Below are positions 28,757 through 37,612 of a stretch of DNA of 64,000 bases, in pieces. The DNA comes from Deltaproteobacteria bacterium. GTDB taxonomy: Bacteria > Desulfobacterota > DSM-4660 > Desulfatiglandales > HGW-15. The stretch is taken from NCBI GenBank assembly GCA_016931115.1, contig JAFGFM010000080.1, forward strand, positions 7,577-71,576, in the 5' to 3' direction. Within the stretch, counting starts at the first letter, position 1. Each line of letters begins with the position of its first letter. Below the pieces are notes generated by a model. That model saw nothing but the letters and a program-made list of their open reading frames with translations, was not told the origin of the DNA and ran no database searches. A program made the translations under genes and the position numbers.

Positions 28757-30091
28757 CCGATATTAACAAACACAATGATTATGAAAATATAGATAAAAAC
28801 CTGGACAGGCTTCTTGAACTGGGTGCATCCATCCCCGTGATGCCTGTGGAGCTGAAAAACAATATCAGGAAGAGATTAATCAAAATAGCTTCAAAATCTG
28901 AAAAAAAGAAAATCTTTACTTTCCGCTGGACAGCATTACCCCTCGCTGCAACTTCAGCATTAGTCTTTTTTATTTTAATCCCGTGGCTTGGTAATATATC
29001 AGGGTCTATCACCTGGGCTGATGTACAGAAACAACTGGAGCAATTCAGAACCATGTCCACTAAATTATGCGCACAAATAGAGGCTCCTGGCCCGAGCGGA
29101 CAAAAATTTAATTTATGTTCAAAATCCTATTTTAAAGATCCTTTACTCAGGAGAATAGAGGCTGAAGTATCAGAATCCGAAGGAATGGGGGTGGACCCAG
29201 GCTCTAATGTAACAATGATTGTTAAGCAGGAAGCTGGCCGAATTGATCTTTTTGTATTAAACAATGGTGCCCAAAAGGCGGAATTACAAACCTGGTTATT
29301 CAATACCGATGACATGCGTGCCCCCCCCTTTTCAGTCAATTTTAAATACAACTGCGAAGACATGGGAAATTTTCAAGAAAATTAGTGAAGATAAAACGAA
29401 AAGAATAGGTGACCGTATAATTAATGGAATTCCTGCTATTGGTTTCAGTATTGAAGAACTCCCACCAAAAAAATTAAATTTCCCTGACAACTCTACTGAA
29501 ATTATATTGACTATTTTATCAGGAGAATTGTGGGTCACGAGCAGTAATGGAACACCTATAGAGGCAGAGATCAATCAGAAAATTATGATCAACAATAATG
29601 AGGGGAAAATGATAATAAAATACACAGATATCCAGTGGGATGTCCCTTTGGCGGATGATCTTTTCAATCCAGAGGTGCCTGAAGGCTGGCAGCTCAGCAG
29701 AACACAGATCAAGACAATTGATTATAAAGAAAATAAACTCGCCCCGGGTATTACTTTAAGAATATATACAATAGACCATAATTGGGAAATCATAGATGAA
29801 GATGTTGCAACGATTATTCAGGCAGTAGAAACCACCTATCCCAACTCTAACAAGTTGCGAGATGTAAAAGTTACTATCGAACTGAATAAGGAAGCAGCAC
29901 AGTATCTGTATGAGAATGTTAATGCTACCAGAGAAGGGTTCTTAACCGGAGACTTTAACAACGAGTTAAGTATCGTGGTAAAACATAATAAGGACAATCC
30001 AAACCGCCTGACTTTTGATCTCAGCGGGTTGTATCTGTCACTTTCTAATATTGAAAAAAGATATTTCACTGAAACATCACTGAAGGATTGA
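28753..30091 (+). pseudogene. anti-sigma-like membrane protein split by a frameshift in a C8 tract (29321-29328)
   Basis: ORFs 28753-29385 and 29264-30091 overlap. Removing one C joins ...DDMRAPPF to QSILNTTAK... (445 aa). One TM after a short N-terminal domain. Confidence 0.7.
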
Positions 30092-30109
30092 TAAATTTAA
30101 AAAAACTGA

Positions 30110-30191
30110 GGGCAGACACATGGGCCTGCCCCTACATTGTTAATCATGAAATTTACCATTTAATTGTAGTGGTGGACCTATGTGTCCGCCC
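30110..30191. repeat. GTAG-type REP doublet
   Basis: gggcagacacatgggcctgcccctaca ... tgtagtggtggacctatgtgtccgccc, in inverted orientation. Confidence 0.8.
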
Positions 30192-31593
30192 GTTTTAATA
30201 TGCCCTGCTTTCTGAACTCCAATATCATCCAGGCCAGCCCTGTTAAGAATGTCAGCATGTCTGCTATAGGAAATGATACCCACAGACCTGTTATACCGTA
30301 TACAGATGTAAGAACAAGAATCAAAGGTAATAGAAAGATAATAAACTTGGCCGCAGAAAGCACTGAAGCTGGAAGACCTCTGCCCATACCCTGGAAAAAG
30401 AAACCAGGCACCATCTGAACGCCTATGATAAAAATACAGCTAAAATATAATCTGACAGCATGTCCACCCTCTGCCACAATAGTTGAATCAAGGCCAAATG
30501 CTGCCAGCACATGACCGGGAAAAATCATGATAAGGGCCCAGCAGAACCCTGACCATATGCTCCCTGAAAATGAAGCCTTATAAACCAGTTCCTTCACCCT
30601 TTTCATTTTTCGGGCACCATAATTATACCCTATAAGAGGGAGAAGTCCCTGACCTATACCAATGGCGGGCATCTGGACAAACCTTCCAAGACGAATCAAA
30701 ACCCCCATTAGAGCGAGTGTAACAACCCCATGGAAGGCTGCTTCCCTGTTGATAACACCCATAACCAGAAACTGCACACCTGACCTTACAATCGACGCAA
30801 ACCCGATTCTGTATATCTCAAATACAACCTTTGGATGTGGTATAAAATACATTGCACTAAATTTGTATCCTGACCTTTTTGAAAAAAGATAACCCAGATA
30901 AATCATTGAACTAAGTATCTGGGCGATCACAGTAGCAACAGCCGCACCCTTTACGCCCATGGCAGGTATGGGGCCAAGACCGAATATAAATAGAGGATCA
31001 AGAATAATATTAGCGATAGAAGACAATACCATAACTGTGCTTGATAAAAGAGGGTTTCCAAATGCCCGTAAAATATGACCAAGCGCCATGGTCAGGTAGT
31101 AAAAGAGAATCATCTTGATCTGGACAGATATGTACTCCTCTGCTAGTACAAGTACACTGCCTTGTGCACCCAGCACTTTGAGTATGGGTTTCATATTTGG
31201 CAGGCATGAGAGTATAACGCCAAGGCTTAAAATAAGGCAGAGTGTAATGGCAACAGAGGCGGCTATATAAGATTTTGTTCTTTCACCTTTCCCCAGGTAT
31301 CTTGAAATAAGTGATGTAGCCCCTACCCCTGTACCGGCTGCAATAGCCAGAAATGAAAGACTCAGCGGATAGGTCACACTCAAGGCTGCAAGGGCCTCTG
31401 CACCGAGTCTCCCTACAAATATGGCATCAACTATGTTGTAGGTTGAGGCGACTGTCATGGATATAATGGCAGGGCCTGAAAATTTGAATAGCAGGGGCCA
31501 TATCGGCTCTGTGCCCATGACAGCTGATCTGTATTGCTTTTGTTCCTTATTATTATTTTCCATTAAATTTATTACCATGCCTTGTAGAGACAA
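30178..31593 (-). CDS. MATE family efflux transporter
   Basis: YNIVDAIFVGRLG, NIILDPLFIFG, GVKGAAVAT, YNYGA. Confidence 0.93.
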   Translation of the reverse strand: MSLQGMVINLMENNNKEQKQYRSAVMGTEPIWPLLFKFSGPAIISMTVASTYNIVDAIFVGRLGAEALAALSVTYPLSLSFLAIAAGTGVGATSLISRYLGKGERTKSYIAASVAITLCLILSLGVILSCLPNMKPILKVLGAQGSVLVLAEEYISVQIKMILFYYLTMALGHILRAFGNPLLSSTVMVLSSIANIILDPLFIFGLGPIPAMGVKGAAVATVIAQILSSMIYLGYLFSKRSGYKFSAMYFIPHPKVVFEIYRIGFASIVRSGVQFLVMGVINREAAFHGVVTLALMGVLIRLGRFVQMPAIGIGQGLLPLIGYNYGARKMKRVKELVYKASFSGSIWSGFCWALIMIFPGHVLAAFGLDSTIVAEGGHAVRLYFSCIFIIGVQMVPGFFFQGMGRGLPASVLSAAKFIIFLLPLILVLTSVYGITGLWVSFPIADMLTFLTGLAWMILEFRKQGILKRADT

Positions 31594-31613
31594 GGCAAAC
31601 TTTGAATACTATT

Positions 31614-32969
31614 TTAATCTCCGGTATGTTCCAGGGCACTGGCCTTTCCCCTCTCTTCGTTTACATAGAAGGCAATGAATATGGAAATCATAAAAAAGAT
31701 GGAACAGATCAGTATTGCATTCCTGAGTCCGAAAAGGCTTTGAAGTAAACCTATGCTCATAAGCCCCAGGATTGCTGCAAGCCGGTTTGAAAAACTCCAT
31801 AATCCGAAAAACTCACCGGCCTTTGTAACAGGTGAAAACATCCCCACCATTGCCCTGCATGCGGATTGTGTTGAACCAAGCCCGAGCCCGGCAATGGAGC
31901 CTGTCACAAGAAACATATGTTCGGTTTTAAATGAGGTGCCAAGCATCCTGTTTATAAAAGCAGTAATCTCAACCACCCCATAGATTAAGATTATCGCCGC
32001 AAACCATAATTCAAGTGTTACTATAAATGTCTTTTTTGCGCCCCATTTGTCCTGTATGAAGCCAAACAGAAAGGCACCGCATGCTGCTGTAATCTGGGTA
32101 ATAACAAACATGAGTGTCTGGGTTGTTCCAGACCATTTTACTATCTGGTCGCCATATATAAAGGCAAAACAGATAACAATTGAAAGCCCTGCATATGCAA
32201 AAAAGAAGGATAGTAAAAGTATAACAAGATCCCTGAAACTTTGAATCTCACTTACAGTCTGTTTAAGCCTCTTAATACCTATTGAATAATATGTTTCATT
32301 AGCAGGAAGGCCCTTTGGCCTTGTTCTCTCTTTCACCCATAAAAAGGTGGGGATAGCTGTTACAAGAAAAAAAAGCCCGGTTACAGGGCCAACAAGGCGG
32401 AGATTTGCATAATTATCTATTGTGTACACGCCTGCATGAATCACGAATATAACGATAGCCGTTGAGGCAAGACCGCCAAAATATCCAAGACCCCATGCAA
32501 AGCCTGATATCTTACCCATATCCTCCGGAGGGCCAAGACCAGGAAGAAAACTTGAGACAAATGCCTCACTGTATGAAAAACCTATATTTGATAGAACAAT
32601 TAAAAACATACATGGTATTATTAATCCTGGCCTGACAAAATAAAGGGCAGCAGTTGCAAAGACTGTGAGGAGCCAGCTTATTAAAAGGAACCTCTTTTTT
32701 GCCCCTGTAAAATCCATTATTGCACCCAGTAATGGCGTTGATGCTAGTACTACAAAATAACTTATAGAAAGCACCACACTCCAGAGAAAATTACCCAGAC
32801 GAAATTCAGGCCCGTCACCAACAATGACACTTGAGAAAACATTGCAGAAGACAATCGTTATGATGACAGTCGTATAGGAGGAGTTGGCAAAGTCAAACAT
32901 TGCCCAACCGAACAGTTCCCTGCGTGTAACCCTGTATCCCTGAGACATTATTCTTTCCTTCCCTTTCAT
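31614..32969 (-). CDS. MFS transporter (UMF1/Atg22-like)
   Basis: WAMFDFANSSY, SGFAWGLGYFGG, GEFFG. Confidence 0.9.
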   Translation of the reverse strand: MKGKERIMSQGYRVTRRELFGWAMFDFANSSYTTVIITIVFCNVFSSVIVGDGPEFRLGNFLWSVVLSISYFVVLASTPLLGAIMDFTGAKKRFLLISWLLTVFATAALYFVRPGLIIPCMFLIVLSNIGFSYSEAFVSSFLPGLGPPEDMGKISGFAWGLGYFGGLASTAIVIFVIHAGVYTIDNYANLRLVGPVTGLFFLVTAIPTFLWVKERTRPKGLPANETYYSIGIKRLKQTVSEIQSFRDLVILLLSFFFAYAGLSIVICFAFIYGDQIVKWSGTTQTLMFVITQITAACGAFLFGFIQDKWGAKKTFIVTLELWFAAIILIYGVVEITAFINRMLGTSFKTEHMFLVTGSIAGLGLGSTQSACRAMVGMFSPVTKAGEFFGLWSFSNRLAAILGLMSIGLLQSLFGLRNAILICSIFFMISIFIAFYVNEERGKASALEHTGD

Positions 32970-33120
32970 CTATCCTTTCCCTGCTTTATATCATTGTTAT
33001 AGAGCCTGATAAGTTCCTTTGCCTTTGCCGTTTCTTAATTGATATTAAAAAGAAAAGACCATATGGAATTTACTCAAAAATACTTTACCTTCTGACAGTA
33101 CATCACAAAGATCATGGCCA

Positions 33121-33627
33121 TTAAAACTGGGAGGTATAACGAATTTTCGAAATATAAAATATTTTTATCCCTTCCGGTGTAGAGATATTGATTTCATCAT
33201 CCACCTCTTTACCTAATATTGCTTTACCCAGGGGTGAATCCATACTGAGTTTTCCCTCAGCAATATTAAATTCATCAGGTCCGACAATACGATATTCGAC
33301 CTCTTCCCCTTCTTCATCCTCAAGGGTAACATAAGCCCCAAAATAAACCCTGTCCTGATCGTCAGGGATGGTATCGACCACAGTTATCCCGTCGAGACGC
33401 TTTCTTAGGAAACGCACCCTGCTGTCAATTTCGCGCAGACGTTTCTTGCCATAAATGTATTCTGCATTTTCGCTTCGATCACCCTGTGCGGCTGCCTCTG
33501 CAACCCTGGCGGTCACAGATGGCCGCTCAACTTTCCACAGGTACTGAAGCTCTTCAGTTAACTTTTTTGCACCTTCAGGGGTGATATACTTTGAAGCTAT
33601 TGTTCCAGGAGGACGCCATCTGCTCAT
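33121..33627 (-). CDS. greB: transcription elongation factor GreB
   Basis: YITPEG, AAAQGDRSENAEYIYGKKRLREIDSRVRFL, SMDSPLGKA. Confidence 0.95.
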   Translation of the reverse strand: MSRWRPPGTIASKYITPEGAKKLTEELQYLWKVERPSVTARVAEAAAQGDRSENAEYIYGKKRLREIDSRVRFLRKRLDGITVVDTIPDDQDRVYFGAYVTLEDEEGEEVEYRIVGPDEFNIAEGKLSMDSPLGKAILGKEVDDEINISTPEGIKIFYISKIRYTSQF

Positions 33628-33669
33628 TTTTAACTCTCAGTATTTTGAAAACTATTTTATCCGGGGTCT

Positions 33670-33697
33670 TCTCGTTCCCATGCTCCGGGTGGGAATG
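33670..33697. repeat. REP-like palindrome
   Basis: tcgttcccatgctccgggtgggaatg. Confidence 0.75.
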
Positions 33698-34084
33698 TCA
33701 TTCCCTACGCTCATCGTCGATTCTTCTACCACTCAGTAAATACATCAATCAACACTTTCTTTCCGGCTTAATTTCTTGCACATGAATAACGCCAGTGTTC
33801 CAGTTCATCAATATACCCTCAGGGCACCGGATTTTAGTGGTATTATACAATAGAGGTACTGGTTATAACGCCGATGTAAAGCGTTTACCATGAGCAGCAT
33901 CATCGTTATACTGTCATCTGAAGCAAGTTTTATATGCTTTTCATCCAATTTAGATTCTCAAGGTCATCAGAAACTATATATCTACCTGTATCATTATCTA
34001 ATCGCACATAAAATCGATATGAAGTCATGGAACTATTACTCGATAATCCAATGCGTATTATATTTGTATAGCCTGTTTTTTGTT

Positions 34085-34351
34085 TTATTTATGCATCTCA
34101 ACATCAATTCGTTCAGAAATAAATATCTTCAATAAAGACTGATAAGGGACATCACGTTTATTTGCAAGGATTTTTAATTCATCAAGTAAAGATTCGGGAA
34201 GTCTAATTGATATAGTTTTTGTAGATGGCTTAAGTTTTGTTAGATTAATTTCTTCAGCATCATTCCAATCAATGTATTCCGAGGAATCATGATTTTTCCA
34301 GAACTTTCGCTCCTGCTCTTCATTCTTGAATTTTGGTATTTCCTTTTTCAT
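34085..34351 (-). CDS. BrnA-like/CopG-family antitoxin
   Basis: IPKFKNEEQERKFW...KTISIRLPE...PYQSLLK. Overlaps the toxin stop codon. Confidence 0.88.
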   Translation of the reverse strand: MKKEIPKFKNEEQERKFWKNHDSSEYIDWNDAEEINLTKLKPSTKTISIRLPESLLDELKILANKRDVPYQSLLKIFISERIDVEMHK

Positions 34352-34650
34352 CTTTCATACCTTTCTATTTCTGCATCGATCATGTCACGTACAGAAATTA
34401 TCCTTATTTTATCTTTACGTACCGTGAATACTGCAAAAAGCAGGCGATTCATATTGGTTCTGCCAAGGACATAATATCTGTTTTCAAAATTTGAATGCTT
34501 TTTGTCTCTTTTTGCTATTAATGGCTTATTAAAGAAAATTTGTTCGCATTCGGCCACTGATACATCGTGCTTGTCCAAATTTTTATATATATTGCCCTCG
34601 TCCCATTCAAAACCAGTGCAATTTTCCAATATATTTTTCGGCTTTGCCAT
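34348..34650 (-). CDS. brnT: BrnT-family toxin
   Basis: FEWDEGN..KN..KHDV...E.E..F, ENRYYVLG, IRIISVR. Confidence 0.9.
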   Translation of the reverse strand: MAKPKNILENCTGFEWDEGNIYKNLDKHDVSVAECEQIFFNKPLIAKRDKKHSNFENRYYVLGRTNMNRLLFAVFTVRKDKIRIISVRDMIDAEIERYER

Positions 34651-34658
34651 AGGTAAAT

Positions 34659-34677
34659 GTATATCATGATCATATAC
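34659..34677. promoter_or_regulatory. palindrome upstream of brnT, possible autoregulatory operator
   Basis: gtatat-catgatc-atatac, 9 nt upstream of the ATG. Confidence 0.4.
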
Positions 34678-34719
34678 GAGTGGTCAAATATCATTTTGCT
34701 GAGCCTTATCCCGTTTATC

Positions 34720-34745
34720 TCCCGTGGTCTCCGTGGGAACCAGAC
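34720..34745. repeat. REP-like palindrome
   Basis: tcccgtggtctccgtgggaaccagac. Confidence 0.7.
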
Positions 34746-34822
34746 AAATTTATGGATAATTATCAGTAATTTTTCACCCTTATCGGTTCACAGAACACCC
34801 TGAATTTTTTGCAATAAATCCG

Positions 34823-34851
34823 TTGACACCAAAACCCTGATTCCCTATACT
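34823..34851 (+). promoter_or_regulatory. sigma70 promoter of the thiolase gene
   Basis: TTGACA-17 nt-TATACT. Confidence 0.8.
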
Positions 34852-34888
34852 GTGCGAACTTCACAAACATTAAAGGAGATCACACATT

Positions 34889-36172
34889 ATGAAAGATGTT
34901 GTAATTGTATCAAGTGTCAGGACAGCGGTAGGAACTTTTGGCGGAACACTTAAGGACATTCCAGTGGTGGATCTGGGAGCAACAGTTCTTAAAGAGGCTC
35001 TTAAAAGGGTTAACCTTAAGCCTGTTGCCTCAAAGGAACTTTTAGGTTTTGAACCTGATGCCCTCAAGGGAAAGGGTATAATTGAACTTGAGAAAAAGGC
35101 ATATGATTACCCTGAATCTGCAAGGCCGATTCAGATTGATGAAGTTATAATGGGTAATGTTGTTGCAGCAGGACAGGGCCAGAACACTGCCCGCCAGGCC
35201 ATGATCAAGGCCGGTATATCCAAAGAGACATCTGCATTTACAATAAACAAGGTGTGTGCCTCCGGTATGAAGGCGGTAGCCCTTGCAGCCCAGGTCATAA
35301 AGGCCGGTGATGCAGATATAATTCTTGCCGGTGGTATGGAAAACATGAGCATGGTCCCATACGGGCTTCCAGCTGCCAGATGGGGCGCTCGCATGAATAA
35401 TGCCGAGATGATTGACCTTATGGTATTTGACGGCCTGTTTGAGATCTTTTACGGCTACCACATGGGCATAACAGCAGAAAATATCGCTGAAAAGATGGGG
35501 ATATCCAGACAGGAACAGGATGAACTCGGTGCATTGAGCCATAAAAGGGCGCTTGCTGCTATTACTGGCGGTCTTTTCAAGGATGAGATAGTGCCTATTA
35601 TGATCCCCCAGAAAAAGGGGGACCCGATTGCCTTTGCTACTGATGAAAGGCCCATGGAAACCAGCGTGGAAAAGATGGCAAAGCTGAAACCCGCATTCAA
35701 AAAAGATGGGACAATAACCGCAGGAAACGCATCAGGTATTAATGACGCAGCAGCAGCAATGCTGGTTATGTCAGCGGACAAGGCAAAGGAATTAGGTTTA
35801 AAACCGCTCGTGAGGATTAAATCATATGCCACAGCAGGTATAGACCCCGCTTACATGGGCCTGGGCCCTGTACCGGCAGTAAGAAAAATATTGGCAAAAG
35901 ATAAATTATCCATCAATGACTTCGGTACAATAGAGCTTAATGAGGCCTTTGCATCACAGGCAATAGGCTGTATGAGAGAGCTCAAATGCGACCCCGCCAA
36001 AGTTAACCTTGTTGGAAGCGGAATCTCAATAGGTCACCCAATAGGGGCATCAGGTGCAAGGCTCCTTGTTTCGCTTATCAGCCAGATGAAAAGAAAAGGT
36101 GACGCCCTTGGCCTGGGAAGCCTCTGCATAGGCGGCGGACAGGGTATTGCTATGGTGCTGGAACAGGTATAA
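34889..36172 (+). CDS. acetyl-CoA C-acetyltransferase (thiolase)
   Basis: INKVCASGM, ELNEAF, GHPIGASG, LCIGGGQG. Confidence 0.95.
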   Translation: MKDVVIVSSVRTAVGTFGGTLKDIPVVDLGATVLKEALKRVNLKPVASKELLGFEPDALKGKGIIELEKKAYDYPESARPIQIDEVIMGNVVAAGQGQNTARQAMIKAGISKETSAFTINKVCASGMKAVALAAQVIKAGDADIILAGGMENMSMVPYGLPAARWGARMNNAEMIDLMVFDGLFEIFYGYHMGITAENIAEKMGISRQEQDELGALSHKRALAAITGGLFKDEIVPIMIPQKKGDPIAFATDERPMETSVEKMAKLKPAFKKDGTITAGNASGINDAAAAMLVMSADKAKELGLKPLVRIKSYATAGIDPAYMGLGPVPAVRKILAKDKLSINDFGTIELNEAFASQAIGCMRELKCDPAKVNLVGSGISIGHPIGASGARLLVSLISQMKRKGDALGLGSLCIGGGQGIAMVLEQV

Positions 36173-36177
36173 AATTA

Positions 36178-36219
36178 AAGGTTCAAGGTTCAAGGTTTAA
36201 GGTTTAAGGTTTAAGGTTT
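36178..36219. repeat. heptamer tandem repeat (AAGGTTY)6
   Basis: Two aaggttc units then four aaggttt units. Confidence 0.9.
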
Positions 36220-36227
36220 ATAATGAT

Positions 36228-36260
36228 AGAGGCCCTGAATTCAGGGCCTCTTTTATTTTT
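36228..36260 (+). terminator. intrinsic terminator
   Basis: agaggccctg-aatt-cagggcctct followed by a T-rich run. Confidence 0.85.
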
Positions 36261-36317
36261 TCCGCCCTACAGGCGGGTTAAAAGGCAGAGGAATACAGCG
36301 TGTACAGAAAATAAACC

Positions 36318-36347
36318 TTGCACACGTTAAAAGGCTTGTGGTAAGCT
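36318..36347 (+). promoter_or_regulatory. sigma70 promoter for the leader-aroF-tyrA transcript
   Basis: TTGCAC-18 nt-TAAGCT with an extended -10 TG. Confidence 0.55.
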
Positions 36348-36385
36348 TCTGTAAAAATATAATAGATTATAACAGGAATCAACAA

Positions 36386-36463
36386 ATGAAAAACTTTTCA
36401 GGCAGAACAAACAGCTACGATTACTATTATTACTACGCCTTTGGTCTGCCTGCAGCCGGTTGA
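36386..36463 (+). CDS. tyrosine-rich attenuator leader peptide MKNFSGRTNSYDYYYYYAFGLPAAG
   Basis: 25 codons, six Tyr in seven positions, agga RBS. Not in the ORF track. Confidence 0.85.
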   Translation: MKNFSGRTNSYDYYYYYAFGLPAAG

Positions 36464-36526
36464 TTCAGTCTTAATAATTTTCGATTCAAAAAGCTGCAGG
36501 AAGAACCTTCCTGCGGCTTTTTTTTT
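36399..36526 (+). promoter_or_regulatory. transcription attenuator (1:2, 2:3 and 3:4 stems)
   Basis: 1:2 caggcaga/tctgcctg. 2:3 cctgcagc/gctgcagg. 3:4 aagctgcaggaag-aac-cttcctgcggctt plus a T run. Confidence 0.85.
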
Positions 36527-36538
36527 GGAGGTAATACC

Positions 36539-37612
36539 TTGGAAAAGATAACTGATATTTATGTCGAGTCATATACCCCTATCCTTCCTCCTGATACGTT
36601 TATCATGGAGCTACCCATTACTCAAAACGCTATTGATACGGTCAGCTCTTCAAGAAAAGCAATCAGGGATATACTGGATAAAAAAGATAAAAGGCTCATG
36701 GTGATAACCGGCCCCTGTTCAATACATGACAGGGATTCAGCCATAGAATATGCAAGCAGGCTGAAGGCCCTTGCAAAAAAGGTTGAATCCAGGTTTTTTA
36801 TTATCATGAGGGTCTATTTTGAAAAACCGCGTACAAACATCGGCTGGAAAGGTTTAATAAATGACCCATGCCTTGACGGGTCATGTGACATAGAATCAGG
36901 CCTGAGAGCGGCCAGAAAGCTGCTTCTTCAAATAACTGAAATGGGTGTGCCTGCAGCAACAGAGATGCTCGATACAATAAGCCCCCAGTATATTGCAGAC
37001 CTGATATCATGGAGCGCAATCGGTGCAAGGACAACAGAGTCCCAGACCCACAGGGAGATGGTTAGCGGGCTTTCCATGCCTGTGGGCCTTAAAAACGGCA
37101 CAGACGGGGATTTAATGATTGCAGTTAATGGCATGAAGGCATCTGCAAGCCCTCAGACATTTATCGGTATTGACAGCACAGGAAGGGCCAGCATTGTTAA
37201 AACAAAGGGAAACCCCTATACGCATATCGTATTAAGAGGAGGCATGCGCCCCAACTATGACTCTGTGAGCGTTAACAGCACCATTACCCTTTTAAAGAAA
37301 AATAACCTGCGTGATTCCATAATAATAGACTGCTCACATGGGAATTCATCAAAGGATTACCTGATGCAGCCAGGGGTATGGCAGGATGTGATCAACCAGC
37401 GCATGGACGGAAATGCATCCATAACAGGGCTCATGCTTGAGAGCAATATCAATGAGGGCAGTCAGTCTGTTGGTGAGACACCTGAGAATATCAGATACGG
37501 GGTATCAATCACCGATGCATGTATATCATGGGAGATGACTGAGGAGTTAATAGTATCCACATTTAACTACCTGGAGCAGCATTCAGGTAATCGTAAAAGG
37601 TTTAAAATTTAA
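36539..37612 (+). CDS. aroF: class I DAHP synthase
   Basis: ITGPCSIHD, MRVYFEKPRT, IGARTTESQTHRE, IDCSHGNS, SITDAC. TTG start with ggagg RBS. Confidence 0.95.
   Translation: MEKITDIYVESYTPILPPDTFIMELPITQNAIDTVSSSRKAIRDILDKKDKRLMVITGPCSIHDRDSAIEYASRLKALAKKVESRFFIIMRVYFEKPRTNIGWKGLINDPCLDGSCDIESGLRAARKLLLQITEMGVPAATEMLDTISPQYIADLISWSAIGARTTESQTHREMVSGLSMPVGLKNGTDGDLMIAVNGMKASASPQTFIGIDSTGRASIVKTKGNPYTHIVLRGGMRPNYDSVSVNSTITLLKKNNLRDSIIIDCSHGNSSKDYLMQPGVWQDVINQRMDGNASITGLMLESNINEGSQSVGETPENIRYGVSITDACISWEMTEELIVSTFNYLEQHSGNRKRFKI

Noticed and set aside
33855-33900. Possible attC half-site (ggttataacgccgatgtaaagc) next to the BrnTA block
   Set aside because: No partner half at a compatible distance.
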